64,000 nucleotides of DNA, taken from positions 1 through 64,000 of the forward strand of contig CBFFRP010000298.1 of the NCBI GenBank assembly GCA_965644295.1, written 5' to 3'. The notes beneath the pieces are model-generated. The model ran no database searches, was not told the DNA's origin, and saw only the letters and a program-made list of their open reading frames with translations. How positions within the stretch are numbered: the first letter of the stretch is position 1; the number at the start of each line of letters is the position of its first letter. The DNA comes from Paraphysomonas bandaiensis. Taxonomy: Eukaryota > Protista > Chrysophyceae. The position numbers were made by a program, and so were the translations under genes. Below, piece after piece: positions 1-8,963 of the stretch.

Positions 1-4
1 TTTT

Positions 5-802
5 TTAGCCATTTACTGACCTTTTCACAACAATAAAATTGCCTGCAGTGTTGTTAACATGTTTAGCGAGTGTTTCAAATACGACACGTTTAAATATCTT
101 CTTCATTTCCTCACGTTTGTCTTCACATTTTTCTTCACTTTCTTCGTCTTCGCTTTCTTCGTCTTCACTTTCTTCGTCTTCACTTTCCTCGTCTTCTCCT
201 TCACATGACAACGAAAACTTACACTTGTGCTCATTAAAATTACTTTCGTACATTGGTATAAAATAAAAAGACACTGTCCAATGTGTTTTACCATTATAAT
301 TTACAACTTCTTTTTTCAAGGGTTCTAAATTTTCATCATATAAACGAAATCGTATCTTTTTTGGCTCTTTGTCACCATATACACAAAAGGGTTTATCTCT
401 TACTATGCCTGTGTCAGTTCTAAAGCTGTATGTAGTTGGTTTTTTAGTATTTTTTACTTTACATTTATTATTATAACATATTGAATATGATCTGTTTCTA
501 TCACAATGCGTGCCACAAACAAGAAATTGATTTTCGCAAATATCAATACAATTGCGTTCTGTCGCGAAGTTTTCCGCAATGAAATTTAAATTATTACAAC
601 CATTAAAAGGAATTGCTGATATATCTAAGCTTTCATAGTTTATATAAAAACCGATACATTCAACTTCATAATAATCACATTCCTGGTAATATGGTAATGG
701 TGGTAATATAATTGTACAATCTTCAGGTGTATCGCCGACTGTATTAGAATTCATAGATGTAAAATTATAGATAAAAGATTTATTTCTAGGGAATAGATTC
801 AT
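5..802 (-). CDS. Putative minor capsid (penton, single jelly-roll)-like protein with acidic EDEES-repeat tail
   Basis: N-terminal FTSMNSNTVGDTPEDCTIILP..YEVECIGFYI and C-terminal KIRFRLYDENLEPL...NGKTHWTVSFYF fit the recalled PLV/virophage penton pattern; beta-strand-rich; four 15-bp EDEES repeats at ~135-195. Confidence 0.5.
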   Translation of the reverse strand: MNLFPRNKSFIYNFTSMNSNTVGDTPEDCTIILPPLPYYQECDYYEVECIGFYINYESLDISAIPFNGCNNLNFIAENFATERNCIDICENQFLVCGTHCDRNRSYSICYNNKCKVKNTKKPTTYSFRTDTGIVRDKPFCVYGDKEPKKIRFRLYDENLEPLKKEVVNYNGKTHWTVSFYFIPMYESNFNEHKCKFSLSCEGEDEESEDEESEDEESEDEESEEKCEDKREEMKKIFKRVVFETLAKHVNNTAGNFIVVKRSVNG

Positions 803-838
803 TATATATAATATGTGTTATATAATAATTTAAATAAA

Positions 839-1012
839 TTAAAGCTTTTTCTTAATTCTTTTTTTCACAGATGTGGCCTTTTTGTTTATCTTCTTGGCTA
901 CCTCCTTACGCTTGTTCTCTGCGTGCTTTGTTACGTCTTGTTTAGCTTTGTTTACTGATGCTCTAAGAGCTTTGTTAATCAGTTTGTTTACTTGGGCTTG
1001 ATTCTTCGGCAT
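839..1012 (-). CDS. 57-aa Lys-rich basic protein (not in ORF track)
   Basis: ATG at 1012 to TAA at 839: MPKNQAQVNKLINKALRASVNKAKQDVTKHAENKRKEVAKKINKKATSVKKRIKKKL; same upstream motif as the adjacent ORF. Confidence 0.6.
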   Translation of the reverse strand: MPKNQAQVNKLINKALRASVNKAKQDVTKHAENKRKEVAKKINKKATSVKKRIKKKL

Positions 1013-1135
1013 ATATAATAAGTGTATATATTTTTTTACAGGATAATAGGGAGTAAAATCACGGCATGTCTATATATAGTGTTAAACAGGTCTGTTGTTC
1101 CGTCTATCTGTTGTAATTGTTCGGTGTTTAAGTCA

Positions 1136-1211
1136 GGGTTGGTTGATTGTTTGGTTAATAGGGTCGGTTGATCGTTTGGTTAATAGGGTCGGTTGATCGC
1201 TGGGGTTAATA
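1136..1211. repeat. 25-bp tandem repeat x3
   Basis: Unit GGGTCGGTTGATCGTTTGGTTAATA with minor variants at 1136, 1161 and 1186. Confidence 0.9.
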
Positions 1212-1546
1212 TGTATAGTATTATTTTATTTTGATTGCATTTTTTTTGACATTTTTGTTGAAAATATTTATTTCTGATATTTATTTTTTAGAAAAAAGTT
1301 TTTTTTTAAGAAAAATGTTGTAAAAAATGTAGTGTATACTGTTGCAAAATTTGTGAAAATAACATTTTTTTTGCATTTTTTATTGTGAAAGGTGACACGA
1401 CATTTTTTATGTAAAAAAGTGTATAAAAAAATGTAATGTACAATATTGGAAGCACTTGTACGTGATACACAGCGATACCATAGGGGTAAGGGTCAGTATA
1501 AATTAATAGTTTTTATGGTCACGGTTAACACGGCTAGGGTCGAAGA

Positions 1547-2135
1547 CCCCCCCCCCCTCTCTCTGTGTGTGTTTGCCACCTATAGGTACTACACCTATAG
1601 GTATATGTTAGCTATCTAGGTAGTACCTATAGGTCAAAATTAATACCTAATAGGGGTTCCTAATTCGATTGTTAGGTACCAAGAAATAGGACCCACCTAT
1701 AGCTGATCTTGCTACCTATAGGTACTACTACCTATAGGTAGCAATGTCAATACTAGGTAGTACCTATAGGTACCGATAAGTACCTATTAGGAAATTATTA
1801 AGTACCTATAGGACACGTATAGGTCGTACCTATAGGTCCGTATTAGGTACTTGTTTGTACCTATAGGTCATTATTAGGAACTTGCTTAGTACCTATAGGT
1901 CAAAAAGGTAGTGCCTAATAGGGGTTCCTAATGCAATTATTAGGTACCAAGAAATAGGACCCACCTATAGCTGGTCTTGCCACCTATAGGTGGTCCTATC
2001 TGAAGCTGGTATAGGTACTACCTATTGAGCTAAAATGTACCTATAGGTACTAGACAAGTTCCTAATAGGTACTAGGAGATTTAATTAATAAAGTACCTAT
2101 AGGTCTCCTATAGGTACCTACCTATAGGTACTTTT
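1547..2135. repeat. Array of palindromic (TA)CCTATAGG(TA) motifs with a ~270-bp higher-order duplication
   Basis: About 15 perfect CCTATAGG plus CCTAATAGG/CCTATTAGG variants. The block CCTAATAGGGGTTCCTAAT...TTAGGTACCAAGAAATAGGACCCACCTATAGCTG occurs at ~1647 and ~1914. Preceded by a C run at 1547. Confidence 0.9.
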
Positions 2136-2328
2136 GCTGAGGTCCACCGATGATATTGCAATTATATACTCTAGATTGCTATAATATATTGATCATTACT
2201 TTAGCAAAATTTGGCCTCGCAATAAAATATTATATTATATTGCTCATACTAGTGTGTCTTAGAAAAATATACTTGATTAAGCATATTAACGACTCTTCAC
2301 AATCACATAACTTATCTACTGTAATAAC

Positions 2329-2715
2329 TGTAATCTTTCTGATGAGAAAGACCGTGTTTACAACGTTTTATTAATTTAAAGTGCTTCCCAAACCGAGAAT
2401 ACACTGTCCAGAACACCAAACCGGTGAAACTGCCTCCTAACACAAGCAAACCGCGAGTATAGAATGAATTAAATTACGTTAAAACGTGTAAAGAAGAGAA
2501 GTGAAAACATACAACACTCTATATTGCTGTGAATCATCTACAGTTTACAGTATCATACTTGTACATATACGGGACTTATATCCCTTCAAGAATACAGTAA
2601 CCGCAATGTATACTAAATAAACTGAAAATGAAAGTACAACAGCATGCTACCTAGAGTACCGCAGTATAACACCGTATAACTCCACGTATAACAGTAACTA
2701 CAGGTATGCGTGACA
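2329..2715 (-). repeat. 3' LTR (387 bp)
   Basis: TGTAATC...GTGACA; differs from the other LTR by one 2-bp indel and one substitution seen by eye. Confidence 0.95.
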
Positions 2716-2732
2716 CTACCCCTTCTCCCTCC
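2716..2732 (-). promoter_or_regulatory. Polypurine tract
   Basis: GGAGGGAGAAGGGGTAG on the minus strand, directly abutting the 3' LTR. Confidence 0.85.
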
Positions 2733-2962
2733 AGCTAGAGAAAAGAAATAGGAATACATATCTGGGATAGATAGAAGTAACACTTGTATCAGCCAATATA
2801 GCGTCATTCCAAGCATTAGCAAATAAATATCCAATTCATGAAATAAAAGTAATAAACATACGTAGAGCAATACTATGATAATAAGTATGAATAATAGTAT
2901 GAATGTTATAATATATATATGATATAATCATGAAATATTAAATAAAAAAAAGTAATCAACAA

Positions 2963-4186
2963 TTAGAGGAGAATATTAGGATATTGTTGGCAGAATGCAG
3001 CATCCACCAATACCATAGTAGAAGGATCAAATTCCGTGACTCGACCATAGCAGTGAACGTCATAGGCACTCCATTCATATGTAGATTGGAACAAAGGGCA
3101 ATAGAGGTCTATACGTAACTGGCGACGGCCAGCCCACCGCACATAAGAACATTCGACAACATACATCGTTGTATAACAATTCGGCAGATTAAGTTCATCA
3201 TAGAAATCTGAACCCCATGCACGCAAATCTACATAAATTGGTTGACCAGGTGACACCCCTTCGATAGGTATACGTTTCAAACGTGCACGTTCAGATTTTG
3301 CCATAGCAGCAGAAAATAACAGAGGGAACAATTGAGGTTTCTGCTCACAGAACGACTGAAATTGCGAGGTGGAAGCAATATCCTGTGACCATGGAAGCCA
3401 TAATAACGAACCATCCTCAAACTGAACTTGGAATTCCATTCGAGAACGAACCTCCGGATCTCCTCGGTATGCAATCACAGCAACCACAGTATACTGGTTA
3501 AAATCAATTTGCGCAACACGATATGCCTGCTCGGGCGTACCAAAGAACGGTTTGAGCCATGACATGTGCAGCACAACTTCAAAACGCATCACAACATGAA
3601 TGCATGTGACATCAGCCTTATACGTGGAAACCACTTCGTAAGGACCTTTGAAACGAGGGTATAATTTATTGGGCTTATGCTGAGTTGGATCCAGCCGCAA
3701 CAAAACTAAATCACCAGGTTGATATTCATTCAAAGTGTGTGTAGGCGTGGCAGACTTGCGCTTGTCTTGGATTTTGCGCTGAACATCCATGGCAACCGCT
3801 CGAATCTTCTGTAAGTTCTCATTCAAAATAGACACATAACCCGCAGCAGAAGATTCATCCATAGTCAGTTCACCCAACCGAAAATATGGAATATCAACGG
3901 TACCAAACACATATTGAAAAGGAGAGAGTCCAGTCTCACTACTGACTTCATCATTCAAAATGAACTGAATCAACATGTAACACTCAATATCCCCCCATGA
4001 ATCTTGCAACCTCTCATCGTGGACTAAACCCTGTAGAAATCGCAACAGCTCTCGATGAGATCGCTCGACCATATTAGACTCATGACGATTAGTTAATGAC
4101 CCTCGAAATCGAACTTCAAACCACTTCAATAGAAACTCCTCATAGAACTCAGCACTCACGAAGACCAATAATAGCAGTAGATTCAA
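2963..4186 (-). CDS. N-truncated retroelement integrase with GPY/F motif, chromodomain and C-terminal extension
   Basis: HESNMVERSHRELLRFL (catalytic E region), SETGLSPFQYVFG, PRFKGPYEVV, chromo YTVVAVIAYRG...EFQVQFEDG..LWLPW; HHCC finger and first catalytic Asp not present; the listed start is not ATG. Confidence 0.85.
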   Translation of the reverse strand: MNLLLLLVFVSAEFYEEFLLKWFEVRFRGSLTNRHESNMVERSHRELLRFLQGLVHDERLQDSWGDIECYMLIQFILNDEVSSETGLSPFQYVFGTVDIPYFRLGELTMDESSAAGYVSILNENLQKIRAVAMDVQRKIQDKRKSATPTHTLNEYQPGDLVLLRLDPTQHKPNKLYPRFKGPYEVVSTYKADVTCIHVVMRFEVVLHMSWLKPFFGTPEQAYRVAQIDFNQYTVVAVIAYRGDPEVRSRMEFQVQFEDGSLLWLPWSQDIASTSQFQSFCEQKPQLFPLLFSAAMAKSERARLKRIPIEGVSPGQPIYVDLRAWGSDFYDELNLPNCYTTMYVVECSYVRWAGRRQLRIDLYCPLFQSTYEWSAYDVHCYGRVTEFDPSTMVLVDAAFCQQYPNILL

Positions 4187-6817
4187 AAACTAATACCATC
4201 CACACAATAGCAAGATAAGCCCTCGGATAACGCCTTAACATCAATCTCTGTAGTTCAAGTCAGGAAAAACTTAACATGACAAATTGCATCCTCGCTTCAA
4301 CCACAGAATTCACTTGTAGTTAAATAGAATACCACAGTGAAATTAAAAGATACTGAATTCTCAAATGCTCATAAGATTTTGGATTAACCTTTGCCTTATA
4401 TATCCAGTATATAACCAAATGAGAATTACGTAGAGCCACTAATAATGGTCATGTAAATAGATTCCGCACTCAATGACATTAACCACAAGTATTTGATCAT
4501 CATAACCTTCACGCAATTCAATTGCAGGAAATACGCTTCAACTCAAACACTTGTTCATTTCACCCGCCATTAGACACAATTGAATATCCGTGAATACAAA
4601 TCCGAAGTAAATCAGAGAGACACTAACCTTAGGACTGAATAACATTCCACCAAATACTCGTAACAGCCAAGTTAAGCAAGTCTTAGCATAAACCTTGTTG
4701 TAACCAGACATACTACAACAACGTTGTAAAACTCTTATTTCATTCATCATAAACAATAGAAGCGAGTTCACAAAAGGAACTTAATCACTCCACTATTCTG
4801 AATTTTAATCCATAATATTAACAACCTTAACTGCACAAACTTCACATCGACTCAATTCATCATCCGGAACTTAATATAGACTCATCAACTCTCGTAAACT
4901 CAATTCAAAGATTTGATTCTTGCAACATTCTAACACAAAATCATATTCGTAAGTTGAAAATCAACTCAAAGCACTCTCCAAACATTACAAGAAAATTCAC
5001 TCCAACAACTCCTCGCCTTGATTTCAACACTTGAACTCATCATCAACATTACTGACACCGTTGTAACTTTGAATGTAGAACTTTGCATCAAAATTAAGAA
5101 TTACCCACCAAAGAAACACCAAGAATAATACTTTCCATATTATTCACAATCACACTTCTTTAATTCCATAATATACAACCTCGAATCTCGAATTTTAAAC
5201 ATGAACAACAAGAAGTTCACACATTCCGAATATCGAACAAATAAATCAAGTTTGAACAATCGAACATGCTCCGCTTTTGAAATATCAAGACTCCAAACTT
5301 CTCAAATCTTTTCAACCAATGTAATAATACCATAATATTGTCTCAAATCTCTCGTACAACCTTTTCAAGAAGACACACACAACTGAAAACCGTAAGTGTC
5401 TTATAACCCGTTTTGACAACTGAATCTGAAAAGTAATCAACAACCATCATACAAATATTTGTGCACCAAACTCTACTTTGACATATCTTATTTTGTACAA
5501 TAATTGTAATTCATCCTCTCGATTTTAGAACGAAACAATATTTGATTAATGAAAATATCACCGGACGGACCAATCAATAACCACCCCAATCAAAACATCA
5601 TTCATCTCATTCTGAATATATACGAACATAGTGCACTGGTCTTATATTTCAGTAACCATACGTAACGATTTCCCTCAGATACAACATTATAATATTGTAA
5701 ACAATAGAATGATCCACTCAACGCAATCTCATTGAAAAGAATCCAACCATAGAAATATCAACTGAAATAACAACAAGCTCGCAAAGTAATAACTCCCATT
5801 TTTAGTCTCGAAGTTAACCATCACTAGCATATATAATTCTTTCGCATGCAATAGTATTATCAACACCATACCTCCAAATATCATTGACACTTAACCATCG
5901 ATCTCATACCCGATGCATAATACAGTCGAACAATTGAAAAATACCAGCGACAAAGTTTTCAAAATTTCATTGACATGTTGTATCACTGAACCATATTCAC
6001 TTCAACGTAACAGAAACTTCAATTTCGAACAACTTTCAATCAACAACTAACCATGAATTTAGACAAGTTAATTCGTTGCATTTATGGGTACCATATATTC
6101 AAATTCAATCCCATTGCAGATCCAAAAAAAACTGAGTAACCATTTTATAACCATCAACAAGACAATGAATATCTCCAACTCCTTCCTGTTTCCATTCATT
6201 CTCTTTAATACAAAATGCAAAGCACACTGAAAACATATTGCTCCAAATATACTTTCCTCATACTGAAATTACAACATCAAAATTTACATTCTGTTCACAT
6301 AGAGGCAATCGCGTTCATTAAAAACTGTTTACTTCCTCTGAAATTAAACTTTCGTATATGAATCATATAGTATTGCAAAACTTATCCAAACCATACATGA
6401 CCCTTGCAAAACTATAACAATAATTGCTTGCCATTGATGTTGAAACCATACCATTGATATTGAACAACTCTTTGCAGACTTTTTACCAATCTCAGACAAT
6501 ACTGTCATTCATTGAAACTTGATAAATTCACTGAAACCCATTCTTATACATTGAACTTAAAACCGAATTATTCTCTCGTAGTAGTCAGTATCACACAGGA
6601 CTATTGAGCATAATTTTAACTAGACATTATTGAATATGGATCACACTTCTCAAAAACTCAGAACTCCCATATTGTAACTCCCATCACAACGGTAAGGCTC
6701 ACAACAACCTCAATCCATTCCGAAATAAAATGAATAAAACCATGATAAATATTGCATCATCATAAATAATAAGACGAACTTTGAAACAAAAGACACTTGC
6801 TGGATTTGGAATTGAAC

Positions 6818-7435
6818 TTACTGAATTAATGGCGGCCCTGGCCCATGCTCCGCAATAAACACAAGATTTGAAAGCAATAAACTCAAACTGTTGTTCAACG
6901 TAAGAAACTGAAAAACGTAACAAGCAGCATCTTGCTTTATCAGCATAAACAAGGAATATTCAAACACCGAATAATTGAACACTGAAAAAGGTACGACTGA
7001 CATGCGCTCGATTACATCTGTAGCATCATTGGCAGTAGTCTCTTTTCCAAAGGAATTTGGAATTACCATTTCAGGATCAATGGCAACATGCTGCATAACA
7101 ACTTGAGAATTATCAACAAAAATCTCAGCCTCGAATGACTCTGACTGAACGTCCTGCTGCTCAACAAATTCCAACATATCATTGACAACATTCTGCACAA
7201 TACAGTTCTCATCGGTTCTGGTCTGAAGTAGATCTGAATTAACTGGAATCGCTCGTCTTGAGGAACGTCGAGACTCCAACTGCTGCAATCTTTGTTCGAA
7301 CATTTCGAAATGAAGATCGATGGACTCAAAACGCTTGTTCAGCTGCTCTTGTTGTTCAGCAAACCGCTGCTTTTGTTCAGCAAACCGCTGCTGAAGGAAC
7401 TCCATAATCTTTGAAACCTCTTCTTCCGAACTCAT
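6818..7435 (-). CDS. gag-position ORF with N-terminal coiled coil, probably truncated
   Basis: ATG ~60 bp inside the 5' LTR; MSSEEEVSKIMEFLQQRFAEQKQRFAEQQEQLNKRF coiled coil; degenerates downstream. Confidence 0.55.
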   Translation of the reverse strand: MSSEEEVSKIMEFLQQRFAEQKQRFAEQQEQLNKRFESIDLHFEMFEQRLQQLESRRSSRRAIPVNSDLLQTRTDENCIVQNVVNDMLEFVEQQDVQSESFEAEIFVDNSQVVMQHVAIDPEMVIPNSFGKETTANDATDVIERMSVVPFSVFNYSVFEYSLFMLIKQDAACYVFQFLTLNNSLSLLLSNLVFIAEHGPGPPLIQ

Positions 7436-7494
7436 AGTCGACAATAATATATATATAAACAATGTTTCTTTCTATCCGACTAAAGTATTAATAC

Positions 7495-7879
7495 TGTAAT
7501 CTTTCTGATGAGAAAGACCGTGTTTACAACGTTTTATTAATTTAAAGTGCTTCCCAAACCGAGAATACACTGTCCAGAACACCAAACCGGTGAAACTGCC
7601 TCCTAACACAAGCAAACCGCGAGTATAGAATGAATTAAATTACGTTAAAACGTGTAAAGAAGAAGTGAAAACATACAACACTCTATCTTGCTGTGAATCA
7701 TCTACAGTTTACAGTATCATACTTGTACATATACGGGACTTATATCCCTTCAAGAATACAGTAACCGCAATGTATACTAAATAAACTGAAAATGAAAGTA
7801 CAACAGCATGCTACCTAGAGTACCGCAGTATAACACCGTATAACTCCACGTATAACAGTAACTACAGGTATGCGTGACA
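7495..7879 (-). repeat. 5' LTR (385 bp)
   Basis: Direct repeat of 2329-2715. Confidence 0.95.
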
Positions 7880-8270
7880 TAACATCGAACAATTACGATA
7901 ATTACCTGCAACGAAGAACACTATTCATGTACAATATTACAAATCGTACTGTCTCTCTCAAGCTATTCACCAGATATATTAAACTTCAAACTGCTTAAAT
8001 TGATGCAGTAATCCTCATACTAATATGTTTTTCTTATAACCTGTAATAGAATGTCAGTCTAAACAGTCAATAAGCAAGATGCCAGTAAAATGATCGCCAT
8101 ATCCGCCCAAACGCCTAAACTATAACACTAAACTATCACTGTACAGTATACGGTTCTAAACTACTCGGCCGTCATCTCTTTGATATTTAAAGCTGTATGT
8201 TAAGGTATTTGAATTAGGTTATTTACTTGAAGAATACAGTTACAAGTATTACATGAAATAATGATATGAA

Positions 8271-8601
8271 ATTTTAATTAAATAGCAGACTACGAATTGT
8301 AACTACGTTTCGCTCTCTACTGACACATCAGGATCTTCTTTCAGGGCTTCATGGATCTTCTTTCAGGGTTTCATGGAGGGTATATAAGCATCCCACAACA
8401 TGTAATTGGCTCGTAGGGAATAGCAACGATTCTAGGCGGTATAGAATCATGTTTCTACGCTCAGGTGTGATAATCAACTTTGCACGACTAAAGAGCCTTC
8501 TCAACTCTCAACAACATTAGATTGTGCTTCAATATGAAATTAATGGCAGTACAGTTCCCGGCAATTATAATGGCATTACCATTAACGGTTACCAGGCCCT
8601 G
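8271..8601 (-). mobile_element. Internally deleted hAT copy (terminus joined to transposase 3' end)
   Basis: 8271-8538 is the diverged reverse complement of ~17488-17721; 8539-8601 is the reverse complement of the CAGGGCCTGG terminus at 16652. Confidence 0.85.
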
Positions 8602-8963
8602 GAGAGTTGTTGATTACAATTTTAATGAATTGATTACTGAGAACTGAGAGTGTTTAACTTTCAGTTTTTTAATTTGCACCATCTGAATGTCAGGTTCAGA
8701 TAAAGAAGAAGAAAACTTCTATAATTATTCAGATTATTTTTTAAAAGTTACTGTCAATGTACTATAGTCAATAGTATAATCCTACCCCTTACTATTCCTC
8801 AACGTTTTAGAAGTCAAGAGGTTTACATTAAATTTGTTGATTGAGTGATAACTACCTAGACTTTATAACTACCTATATAATTCACAAGACTTTGACTTTT
8901 CAACTGCAGAACAGTGTCTTAACTTATTCAATACTCAAATATGCTTTTTATTTTGTGTGCTAT

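Larger units (their letters stand above)
1..2148 (-). mobile_element. Terminal segment of a probable endogenous Polinton-like virus/virophage-type element; continues off the left edge, right boundary approximate
   Basis: Much more AT-rich than host genes. Intronless, tightly packed co-oriented ORFs share an upstream motif; one is penton-like. A ~1.1 kb non-coding, repeat-rich terminal region follows. Confidence 0.6.
2329..7879 (-). mobile_element. Ty3/Gypsy chromovirus-type LTR retrotransposon, non-autonomous
   Basis: Two TG...CA LTRs, 4-bp TSD TAAC (2325-2328 and 7880-7883), PPT beside the left LTR, gag-like ORF, integrase C-terminus with GPY and chromodomain; no RT/RNaseH ORF. Confidence 0.92.

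Noticed and set aside
1547-2135. CRISPR-like or telomeric array
   Set aside because: No constant repeat with unique equal-length spacers, no cas genes, eukaryotic context, and not a tandem telomere unit.
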